A stretch of 64,000 bases of DNA from an uncultured delta proteobacterium (lineage in GTDB: Bacteria; Myxococcota; UBA727; VGSZ01), in assembly GCA_963775425.1 (NCBI GenBank), contig CAVZJB010000013.1, positions 224,001 to 288,000 on the forward strand, written 5' to 3'. Position numbers and translations under genes: made by a program. Position 1 is the first letter of the stretch, and every line of letters begins with the position of its first letter. Below are positions 9,326-21,300 of the stretch, in pieces. The notes beneath the pieces were generated by a model, which saw nothing but the letters and a program-made list of their open reading frames with translations, did not search any database and was not told the DNA's origin.

Positions 9326-12300
9326 GGTCGGCGGCGGAGCAGCGCGAGCAGGGCCACGAGCGCGACGGCGGCTTCGCTCCCTCCACCGCCGCCGGTGCAG
9401 CCGCAGGAGGGCGGGGCGATCTTCAGCTTGGCGCCGACGTCGGTGACGATCGGGGAGCCGTCGTCGCCCTCGCCCTCGCCTTCGCCCTCGCCCACGTCGC
9501 CCTCGCCCTCGCCCTCGCCTTCGCCGACGTCGCCCTCGCCCTCGCCCTCGCCCTCCGCGGCCGCGGCGACCGTGAAGGTCGAGGACGCGAAGGGGCCGGG
9601 GCCGGCGAGGTCGCTGCCGCGCGCGCGCCAGGTGTAGGCGCCGTCGGCGAGCGCCGGCAGCGTCACCTCGACGACCCCCGCGCTCGCCCCCAACGGGCCC
9701 GCGTGGAACACCAACGCGCTGCCCGAGAACACGTCCACCTCGCTCGTCACCGCGTCGCCGTCGGGGTCCACCGGCTCCTCGAAGCGCAACACCGGCGTCG
9801 CCGTCGTCACGATCTCGTTCACCAGCGGTGACACCAGGCGCGGCGCCAACGGCCTCTGGTTGTCGCTCACCAGGCGGAAGTGGCGCTCCTCGCCAGGCGC
9901 CGACGACAGCCCGCCGGCCTCGACGGCGAACACCCGCCAGGCGTAGCGCGCCCCCGGCACCAGGCCGTCCGACACGTCGACGGAGACGCTGCCGTCGACG
10001 GCGCCGTCGTCGGCGTCGACGACGCCCGGCACGCTCGCGACGACGTCTCCGCTCACCGCGTCGCTCACCTCGAAGGTGTACGTGAGCGCCGCGCCCTCGA
10101 CGTCGACCACCGTCTGCGCCACCAGCGACACCGGCGCCTGCACCAGCGAGTTGTCGAGCGGCGCCACCAGCGGCGGCGCCGGCGGCGGCTCGTTCAGCGT
10201 GTCGACCACGAAGGACGCAGACGACGCTTCGCTGAACGTCGAACCGTCGCTGGCCCGGATGCGCCAGTGGTACGTGCCGTCGACGAGGGTGCCGGGTTGC
10301 AGCGACACCTCGCCGCCGCTCGCCGTCAGGTCCGTGAACACCTGCGTCGTCAGCGGCGCGAACAGCGGCGTGGAGTCGAGCTCCACGCGGTAGGTGACCG
10401 CGAGGCCCTCGGGGTCCGCCACCTCGCCCGCGCGCAGCAGCGGGTCGCTCACGGTCACCACCTCGCCGTCGGCGGGCGCCAGGATCTCCGGCGCCGGCGG
10501 CGGCTGGTTCAGGAGGTCGACGGTGAAGCGCGAGGGGCCGCCGACGCCGCCGGCGAGGCCGCGCGCGTCGACGGACTCGACGTCCCAGAACCACGCGCTC
10601 TGATCGGGGAGCACCGAGGTCAGCGTGAAGGTGGCGAGCCCGTTCACGGCCGGCACCAATTCGCTCGTCGCCACCGGCGTGTCCCCGGGGAACGCGCGCA
10701 GGCGGAAGCGATAGAACACCTCGTCGCCGTCCGGGTCGACGACGCCGCCGACCACGAACGTGGGCGAAGCCACCGTCACCACCTCGCCGTCGAGCGGCTC
10801 GAGCAGCGTGGGCGCGGGCGGCGGATCGTTGACCACGTCGACGAAGAAGTCGCGCGTCTCCACGGACGGGGTGTTGCCGCGGCCGTCGGTGGCGATCACC
10901 AGCCACGAGAACGTGCCGTTTTCCGCGAGCTGCGTGGTCACGGTGTAGCTGCCGGTGTCGTCGGCGTCGGTAACGAGGCCGTCGACGCGCTCGAGGGGCG
11001 CGTCGGGCGAGCCGCCGGCGGCGAACACGATCACCGAGTAGGTGACGGGGTCGCCGTCGGGGTCGCTCGAGCCGCGCCACGACAGGGTCGGCGTGGCCGT
11101 GGCCACGTGCAGGCCGTCGGCGGGCGCGAGCAGCGCCGGCGGCGTGGGCGCGTTGCTCACGAAGGGATCGGTGCCGCCGAGGAACTCGTCGAGGTTGACG
11201 ATGCCGTCGCCGTCCGGATCCGGCGGATCGGGCTGGGTGGGATCGAGGCCGAACTGGATCTCCCAGGTGTCGGGCAAGCCGTCGGCGTCCTCGTCCTTGA
11301 ATGCGGTGACCACCGTGACGTCGATGACCACCGAGGCGCCGCTCGTGTCGCTGACGCGCACGCGGACGGTGCGCAGGCCGACGTCGGCGAACGCTGGCGT
11401 GAAGTGCAGGGCGCCCGCGGCGTCGAAGGTGACGCCGGCGGGCCCGCTCACCTCGGCGAAGGTGAGCGTGTCGCCGTCCGGATCCGACGCCTCCAACGGC
11501 AGCACCAGCTCCGTGCCCTCCGTGGCCGACGCGAACAGCGCGGGGTTGGCGGTGGGCGCGCGGTTCACGTCGCGCACGGTGACGTTCCAGGTGCGGCTGG
11601 TGGCGACGCCGTTGGCGGTGGCGGTGAAGGTGACGGTGTAGCCGCCGGCCTGGTCGAACGTCGGGATCCACTCGAACACGCCGGCGGTGGTCGAGAAGGT
11701 CGCGCCCGGCGGCAGATCGGTGGCGGACAGCGTCACCGTCGACGGCGGCGTGTTGGGATCGGTGGCGGTGACCGTGGCGCTCAGGCGCACGCCCTCGTCG
11801 ACGACGGCGTCGGCGGGCACGACCAGGCTCGGCGGCACCGGGCCGCCGCCGACCACGATGGTGATGGTCTCGCTGTCCGTGAGCACACCGTCAGAAACCG
11901 TGAAGGTGACGTCGACGGCGCCGACGTCCCCGACGCCCGGGGTCCAGCGGAACACGCCGGCGTTCAGCGTGGAGGCCGCCGGCGCGTTCTGATCGCTGAA
12001 GGTGAGCGGGTCGCCGTCGGCGTCGGTGGCGGCGAGCGAGATGACGAGCTCACTGCCGACGTCGGCGCTCTGGTTGCCCACGGGCGAGAGCACGGGCGCG
12101 TCGTTCACCGGCGTCACCGTGAAGTGAACGGGGAGATCGGCGAAGGCGCCGGCGGCGTCCTCCACGCGCAGGGTGAACGAGACGTCGCCGACCTCGGGGT
12201 CGTCGGGCGCGAAGCGCAGCACGATGGAGCCGTCCGCGCTCGGCAGCAGCGTGGCGGCGCCAGGCGCGCCGAGCAGGCTGAAGATCAGGGAGTCGCCGAC

Positions 12301-15300
12301 GTCGATGTCGTCTGCGAACAGCGTGGTGACGAACACGTCGCCTTCGGCCACGGTGGTGCTCACCGGCGCCGAGGTGAAGAACGGCGCGTCGTTCTTGTTC
12401 ACCACCGTGACGGTGAAGCTGCGCGTGGCGAACGCGCCGGCGAGGTCCTGCGCGCGCACGGTGACGGGGTGGTCGCCGACGTCGTCGTTGCCGGGCACCC
12501 AGGTGACGTGGCCGGCGGAGACGGTCATGCCGGGCGGTCCGGTGGTGATGGAGAGCGTGACGGAGTCGCCCACGTCGACGTCCTGCACCGCCGGCTGCCA
12601 ATCGAAGGTGGCGTCCTGCAGCACGGTGGCGGGCGGCGCGGGGTTGGCGAGGATGACGGGCGCGTCGTTGACGTTCGAGACGGTGATCGTGAACGACTGC
12701 GTGGCCGAGCCGCCGTTGGGATCGCTGGCGGACAGCGTCACGGCGTGGTCTCCGACGTCGGCGTTCTGCGGCGTGTAGAGCACCTGGCCGGTGGTGGCGC
12801 CGACGGTGAGGCCGGCGGGGCCCGAGACCACGGCGAACGTGATTGGGTCGCCGTCGGGGTCGGTGGCGCGCGCGGTGTACGCGTATTGCTGGTCCTCGAC
12901 CGCGGTGGTCACGGGGCTGCTCGTGAACACCGGCGGATCGTTGACGGCGGTGACGTCGACGGTGAACGACTGCGTGACGGTGCCGCCGCGCCCGTCGCTG
13001 GCGAGCAGCGTGAACACCTGCGGACCGGTCTGGCTACCGCTCGGCGTCCACGACAGCGCGCCGGCGGCGATGGTGACGCCGGTGGGCCCGCTCTGCAGCG
13101 TGACGGTGACGGCGTCGCCGTCGGGATCCGACGTGGTGATCGCGTAGCTGAAGAGCTGGCCCTCGGTGGCGGTCGTGCCCGGTGTGCTCGTGAACAGCGG
13201 CGCGCGGTTCACGTCGACGACCGTGATGGGCACGCTGGCGTCGGCGGACAGGCCGCCGCTCACGGCGTGGAACGACGCGGTCTGCGCGCCGGCCTCGTCG
13301 AAGCCCGGGCTGTAGCTGTAGACGCCGGCGGCGAGCGCGCCCGGGCCAGACGCCAGGGTGAGCGTGACGGCGTCGCCGTCGGGGTCGCCGGCGGACACGG
13401 CGAAGCTGAGCGTGGCGCCCTCGTTCACCGACTGCGCGCCGGGCACCGTGATCACCGGCGGCCGGTCGGTGTTCTGCACGTCGACGGTGACGGCGCGCGT
13501 GGCGGTGGCGGCGCCGTCGTCCGCGAAGAGCGTCATGGCGTGCGCGCCCGCGTCGTCGAAGCCCGGCGTCCAGGTGAACACGCCGCTCTGCGCGTCGATG
13601 CTCGCGCCGGCGGGCAGCCCGCTCACGCCGTAGGTGAGCGTGGGGCTGTCGACGTCGGTGGCGGCGATGGTGAAGGTGAGCGTGGCGCCCTCGGCGACCG
13701 TGAGCGTGCCCGACGGCGTGGGCGCCACCAGCACCGGCGGATCGTTCACGGGGGTGACCGTGACGCTGAACGACTGATCCACCGAGGCGCCCGCGTCGTC
13801 GGTGACGCGCAGCACCACCGCCTGGGCGCCGCTCACGCCCTCGCCAGGCGTCCCCGACAACACGTGCGTGGCCGCGTTGAACGTGAGGAACGACGGCAGC
13901 GTCGGCGCGGAGAACGTGAGCACGGCGCCTGCGTCGACGTCGGCGGCCGCGGCCGTGTACGCGTACGGCACGTCCTCCGTCGCCGTCGTCGGCGGCGTGG
14001 ACGTGAAGGTGGGCGGGTCGTTGGTGTTGACGACGGTGAGCGTGAAGGACTGTGTGGCCGAGCCGCCCCTGCCGTCCTGCACGCGGACGGAGACGGCGTG
14101 GTCGCCGACGTCGGCGTTTTGTGGCGCGTAGCTGAGGACGCCGGTGAGCGCGGCGACGGTCATGCCCGCGGGCGCGGTGTCGAGCGACCAGGACAGCGCG
14201 TCGCCGTCGGGGTCGGAGGCGGCGGCGGTGTAGCTGAACGGCGCGTCCTCGTTGGTGATCGTGGGGGGCGTGGCGGTGAAGACCGGGGCGCGGTTCACGT
14301 CGACGACGGTGACGGCGATGGTCTCCTGCGCGAACAGCCCGCCGGCGTCGGTGACCTTGAAGGTGGCGTGGTACACGCCCGCCGCCGCGAACGACGGCGA
14401 AAACGAAAACGCGCGCGTGGCCGCGTTGAAGGTGGCGCCGGCGGCGAACGGGTCGAGCACGCCGCCGGTGGCGCTGAAGGTGAGCGCGTCGCCGACGTCG
14501 GGATCGGAGGCGTTCACGGTGAACGTCAACGTGGCGCCTTCATCGACGCTCTTGTCGCCGATGGCGGTCAACGACGGGGCGCGGTTGACGTCGCCCACGG
14601 AGATGGTGACCACCTCGCTGTCGCTGAGCGCGCCGTCGGAGGCGGTGAAGGTGACGTCGAAGCTGCCGGCGTCGCCGAAGCCCGTGGCCCACGAGAACAC
14701 GCCGGTGGCCGCGGTGAAGGAGGCGCCCGGGGGCAGCCCGGTGGCGGAGAGCGTGGGCGCGGTGCCGTCGGGATCGGTGGCGGTGACGTTGAAGGTGAGC
14801 GTGGCGCCCTCGGCCACGCTCTTGGGCCCGATGGGCGCGAGCACAGGCGCGTCGTTCACGTCGGCGACGTCGACGACGAAGCTCTGGCTCGCGAACAGCC
14901 CACCGGCGTCGGTGACGCGCAAGGTGACGGAGCTCGGGCCCACGTCGGCCTGGCCGGGCGTCCCCGACAACACGTGGGTGGCCGCGTTGAACGTGAGCCA
15001 CGCGGGCAACACGGGCGCGGAGAAGGTGAGCGTGTCGCCGGTGTCGGGGTCGGACGCGGTGGGCGTGTAGCTGAAGAGCGCGCCCTGGGTGCCCGCGGTG
15101 GGCGCCGCGGACGCGAACACGGGCGGATCGTTGACGTCGATGACGGTGACGGTGAAGGAGCGCTCGTCGAACGCGCCCGAGGCGTCGGTGACGCGCGCGG
15201 TGACGCCGTGCGCGCCGACGTCGCTCGCGCCTGTGACCCAGGTGACGGCGCCGGTGGCGCCGTCGACGGTCATGCCCGCAGGCGCGGTCGGGAGCGTGAA

Positions 15301-18300
15301 CGTGAGGGCGTCGCTGAGCCCGGCGTCGCGGTCGGCGTCGGTGGCGGAGAGCGTGGCGTTGAACGTCTGCCCCTGGGTGACGCTGCCGTCGGCGGGCTGC
15401 GCGAGCACCGGCGCGTCGTTGACGTTCTGGACGGTCACGGTGAAGGAGCGGTCGAAGGACGCGCCGGCGGCGTCGGTGACGCGCACCACCACCTGCACGC
15501 TGGGCGGGTTGACGTCGCCGGGGCCCGGGGTCCAGTCGACGCGCGCGGTGTCGGCGTCGACCTGCGTGACCGTGAGGGCGGCGGGGCCGCTCTGCTTGGT
15601 GAAGGTCAGCGTGTCGCCGGGCGCGGCGAGGTCGCCGTCGGTGGCGTCGAGGGTCTGGCTGAACAACACGCCCTGGGTGGCGGACGTCGACGCGGGCGCA
15701 GCCAGCGCCGGCGGCTGGTTCACGTTGGTGACGGTGATGGACGTGGTGGCGTCGGTGGTGAGGCCGCCGGCGGCGGCGCGGAAGGTGGCCGACGTGGTCC
15801 CCTGCTGCGCGAAGGACGGCGTGAACGAGAAGGCCCCCGTCGACGCGTTGAAGCTGGCGCCGCTCGGGAGCGACACGGCGCCGAGGGTGACGGTGTCGCC
15901 GTCGGCGTCGGCGCCGGTGACCGTGAAGGAGAGCGTCCCGCCCTCGGCCACCGTCTGCGACGCCGGCGCCGTCACCGTGGGCGCGCGATCGGTGTTGGCG
16001 ACGACGAGCGCGATGGCGCGCGTGGTGGTGTCCTTTCCGTCCGTGACCGACAGCGTGACGTTCACCGTGCCGGCCTGCGTGAACGACGGCGTCCACGAAA
16101 ACACCCCGGTGCTTGCGTCGACGGTGGCGCCGCTCGGCAGCGGAGAGACGTCGAAGCCAAGCGCGTCACCGTCGGCGTCGGTGGCGTCCATGTCGAACGT
16201 GAGGAGCGCGCCTTCGCTGCCGGACAGATCGGTGGTGGGCGTGGGCGGGCTCGTGAACACCGGCGCGCGGTTGACGTCGGCGACGGTGATGACCACCACC
16301 TCCTCGTCGGTGGCGCCGTTGGCGCTGGCGGTGAAGGTGACGACGAACGTGCCGGCGTCGGTGAAGGACGGCGTCCACGAAAACGTCCCGGCGCCGCTGC
16401 CGGGGCTCGAGCTGAACGTGGCCCCGCGCAGGAACGGATCGGAGCCCGCGAGCCCCGCCGCGCTGAGGGTGACGGCGTCGCCGTCCGGGTCCGTGGCGGT
16501 GACGGAGATGGTCAAGGGCGCGCCCTCGTCGACGCTCTTGTCCCCGATGGGCGCGATCGCCGGCGGGCGATCCACGTTGCCCACTGCGATCTGCACCACC
16601 TCGCTGTCCGACAGCGCGCCGTCGCTGGCGGTGAACGTGACGTTGAACAGCCCCGACTGCGACGACGACGGCGTCCACGAGAACACGCCCGACGTCGCGT
16701 TGAAGGTCGCGCCCGACGGCAGCGGCGACGCCGAGAGCGTGGGCGTGGTGCCGTCCTCGTCGCTGGCGGTGACGGTGAAGGTCAACAGCTCCTGCTCGTT
16801 GACGCTCTTGTTCCCGATGGCGTCGAGCACGGGCGCGTCGTTCACGTTGGCGACGTTCAAGGTGAAGCTCTGGTCCACCTGCGCGCCCTGCCCGTCGGTG
16901 ACGCGCAGGGTGACGGCGTTGCCGGCGGCGCCGACGTCGGCCTGGCGCGGCGTGCCCGACAACACGTGCGTCGACGCGTTGAACGTGAGCCACCCGGGCA
17001 GCGCACCCACGACGGAGAACGTGAGCGTGTCGCCGAGGAACTGGTCCGCGTCGCTCGCCGTGGCGGTGTAGCTGAACGCGCTGTCCTCGGTGGCCGCCGT
17101 CGGCGCCGTGGACGTGAACACCGGGGCGTCGTTCACGTTTGCCACGGTGACGTTGAAGCTGCGCTCGTCCGTGAGGCCGAGGTGGTCGGTGACGCGGATG
17201 GTGACCGTCTGCGTCCCGACCTCGTTCGCCGCCGGCGTCCAGTCGAGGCGCACCGTGGTGGCGTCGAGCTTGGTGACGGTCATCGAGCTCGGCGACGGGC
17301 TCTGCCGGGAGAACGTGAGCACCTCTCCCGACGGCGCCGTGGCGAGGTCGACGTCGCTCGCGGTGAGGGTGGCCTGGAACAGTTGCCCCTGGGTGGCGCT
17401 CGTCGACGAGGGCGCCCCCAGGACCGGTGCCTGGTTGACGTCGTTGACCGTGATGCTCGCGCTGCAGGCGACGCTGTCGACGCCGCCCGCGCTGGCGCGG
17501 AAGCTGGCGACGGCGCCGCCGGCGTCCGCGAAGCCCGGGGTCCAGGAGAACACGCCGGTGGCGGCGGTGAAGCTGGAGCCCGCCGGCAAGGACACCGACG
17601 AGAGCGTCACCGCGTCGCCGTCGAGGTCGACGCCGGTGACGTTCAGCGTGACGGTGGCGCCCTCGTCGACGACGGCGCTCGTGGGGCTCACCGCGCACGT
17701 GGGCGGCCGGTCGGTGTTGGTCACGGTGATGGTGAGCGCCTGCTGGGTGGTGGCCACGCCGTCCGTGACCTGGAGTGTGACGCTCCTGACGCCGGCGTCG
17801 GAGAAGCCGGGCGTCCATGAAAACACGCCGCTGGCCGCGTCGAGCGAGGAGCCGGTGGGCTGGCTCAGCATGGAGAAGGACAGCGCGCTCGGGCCGTCCG
17901 GATCGGAGGCGTCGAGGTCGAAGGTCAACACAGCGCCCTCGGCGACGGTGACCGCAGCGCCCGGCGTGGCCGTGAACGTGGGTGCGTCGTTCACGTTTTG
18001 CACGGTGACGGTGAAGCTCTGCTCCACCGGCGCGGCGATGCCGTCGCTGACGGTGAGCACGACGTCGTTGTCGCCCACGTCCGGGTCGTCGGGCGTCCCC
18101 GACAACACATGCGTGCCCGTGTCGAAGCTGAGCCACGAGGGCAGCGTGGTGGCGGCGAAGGTCAACGAGGCGCCCACGTCGACGTCGGCGGCGGTGGCCG
18201 TATACGAGAGGGGCACGCCCTCGGTGGCGCTGGTGGGCGGCGTCGACGTGAAGACGGGCGCGTCGTTCACGTTCACCACGGTGAGGGTGAAGGTCTGATC

Positions 18301-21300
18301 GGTGTGGGCGGCGCCGTCGGAGGCGCGCACGGTGACGGTGTGCGGGCCGACGTCGGCGTTTTGGGGCACCCAGGTCAAAAGGCCGCTGACGCCGTCGATG
18401 GTCATCCCGCCGGGAGCGGCCGCCAGCGAGAACGTGACGGCCTGGCCGTCGGGGTCGGTGGCGTCGGCGTCGTAGCTGAAGGTGGTGTCCTCGTCGACGC
18501 TGGTGCTCGGGGTGGACGAGAAGACGGGCGCGCGGTTCACCTCGTTGACGTCGATCCCTACGTCGACGCTGTCGGCCTCACCGTCGACGTCGGTGACCAC
18601 GAAGGTCACCACGTAGCTGCCGCTCTCGTCGAAGCCGGCGTTGAGCGTGAAGTCGCCGGTGGCGGGATCGAGGGACGCGTCCGAGAACGTGGGCGCGGCG
18701 TCGAAGCTGAACGTGATGGTGTCGCCGACGTCGACATCGACGGCGGCCACGGCGAAGGCGAGCGTCTGGCCCTCGTCGACGTTGAACGAGAGCGTGCTGC
18801 CCGGGCTCTGGCCGTTCACCGCCGTGATGACCGGCGCGTCGTTCACGTTTTCGACGGACAGGTCGAACGTGGAGGTGGTGGTGGCGATGCCGTCCGAGGC
18901 CGCCACCGTGACGGCGACGGCGGACGTGACGTCGGAGTTCGTGGGCGTTCCCGAGAGCTTGCAGGCGCGCGTGGGCGTGTCCTGGCGGGTGACGCTCACC
19001 CACGCCGGGCCGCTCTGCTTGCTGCATGTGAGGGTCTGGCTCAGGCCGCCGGCGTCGACGTCGGCGTCGCCGAAGCTGAGCGTGCTCGAAAACGGCGCGT
19101 CCTCCGTGGCCGCCGTGGTTGACGGCGCGCCGAGCACGGGCGCGTCATTCACGTTGGTGATGGTGACTGCGAAGCTCTGCGAGTCGCTGGCGGTGCCGTC
19201 GCTCGCGACCACCGTGATGGTGGTGCCGGAGGAGGGGAGGTCGGCGTCGTCGGGGGTGCCCGTCACGCGGCAGCGACGCGTAGGCGTGTCAACGCGCGTC
19301 ACCGACAGCCACGACGGCGGCGTCCCCGACAACGCGCAGGTGAGCGTCTGCGCGAGGCCGGAGACGTCGACGTCCGCGTCGGAGAAGGACAAATCGGACA
19401 CGAACCCCGACCCCTCGGTGGCCGCCGTGCTCGAGGGCGCCCCGAGCACCGGCGCGTCGTTCACGTTGGCGATGGTGATGTCGACGCCGGCGCTGTCGGA
19501 GTCCGTGCCGTCGGAGACCTGCACCGTCACCGTCACCGGCGACGTGGGCACGTCGGCGTCGCCGGGCGTGCCCGAGAGCACGCAGGCGTTGGAGGGCACC
19601 GTCTGCGTGCTCACCGACAGCCACGCCGGCGGCGTGCCGCCCAGGCTGCACGTCAGCGTTTGCGCGATGCCGCTGACGTCGATGTCGGCGTCGGACACCG
19701 CGAGCGTGGACGAAAACGGCGCGTCCTCCGTTGCCGTGGTGTTGCTCGCTGCCCCGAGCACCGGCGCGTCGTTGATGTTGTTCACCTTGAGCGAGAAGCT
19801 CCTGGACGCGGTGGCGATGCCGTCGGACGCGTCGATGGTGACGCTGGTGCCGCTGGTGATGTCGCCGTCGCCGGGCGTGCCCGTGAGCTCGCAGGCGCGC
19901 GAGCCGCCGCTGCCGACCAGCGCGACCGAAAGCCACGCAGGGTGTCCGCCGTTGAAGGCGCACGTGAGCGTCTGCGTGAGGCCGGAGACGTCGACGTCGG
20001 CGTCGGAGAAGGCGAGGTCGCTCGTGAAAGCGCCGTCCTCCGTGGCGGTGGTGGCGGACGGCGCACCGAGCACGGGCGCGTCGTTGATGTTGGCCACATC
20101 GACGGCGACGTCCACGGTGGTGGTGGTGACGCCGTCGCTTGCCTCCACCTTCACCGTGCTGGTGCCGACGTCCGCGTCGCCGGGGCTGCCGGTGATGCGG
20201 CAACGCCGCGGGCCGCTGACCAGAGACACCGTCGCCCACGACGGCGATCCGCTCCCCGCGGAGCAGGTGAGCGTCTGCGCGATCCCCGCGGTGTCGACGT
20301 CGGCGTCGCCGAAATTGAGGTCCGACGTGAACGTCGCGTCCTCGGTGGCGCTGGTGTTGGACGCCGCCCCGAGCACCGGCGCGTCGTTGACGTTGGTGAC
20401 GGTGTCGATGGTGATGACGCCCGAGCTGGTCTTTGTGGGCGAGGGCGTGCCGTTGTCGGTGGCGGTGACGGTGATGGTGGTGCTGAGGACGCCGGCGGTG
20501 GCGGCGACGGCTGCGTCGTCGGGCGTCCACAACACCGTGGTGCTGCTGCCGGTGGCGGAGGTGAGCGTGGCGCCGCCGCCCGCGGGCTGGCCGGTGATGC
20601 TCCAGGTGACCGGGCCCTCCTCGTCGGTGGCGGAGAGCGTGTGGCTGTACTGCGTGCCCTCGGTGGCGGTGCTCGGCGGCGAGCCGAGGGTGACCACGGG
20701 CGCGTCGTTCACGCGCGTGACGCTGACGGCGAAGTCGTGGGTGGCGCACAGCGGGTCCACCGGGTCCTGATCGCAGACCTTCACCTGCACCGCCTGCGTC
20801 CCCGCCGCCGCCTGCGCGTCGGTGGGCGTCCACGAGAGCGTGGCGCAGACGTTGGATCCGCAGGTGGAGCCGCTCGAGATGGTCATGCCCGTGGGCTTGG
20901 TGGGCAAGCTGAACACCAGCCCGGCGCGGTCGACCTGATCGGGCTCGCTGACGGTGACGGTGGGCGCGTAGACGACGTCCTCGGTGGCGCTGGTGCTGGA
21001 GACGTTGGTGACGGCGGGCGCGCTGTTGTGGATGACGAGCTTGAAGGGCGTGACCCCCGGCAAGACGTTGTTGCCCTCGTTGCCGCCGGTCTCGGTGATG
21101 ACGTCGGTGGCGTCGATGACCACCCAACTGTTGAACGCGTCGTCGCTGGCGGCGGGCTTTTGGATGTTGGTGAGGCGCGCTGTGAAGTTGAAGCCCACGG
21201 GGCCCGACGTGCCCGCCGGCACCGACGTGTCGGTGAGCGCCTCGCAGTTCGACGACGTGCACGTGGTGGAGGTGGTGGGCGCCGTGGCCAGATCCTTGAA

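Noticed and set aside
9880-17820. 2646-aa plus-strand ORF and other long ORFs opposite or overlapping the giant adhesin
   Set aside because: Shadow frames of a GC3-biased repetitive gene; Arg/Gly/His-rich with no motifs.
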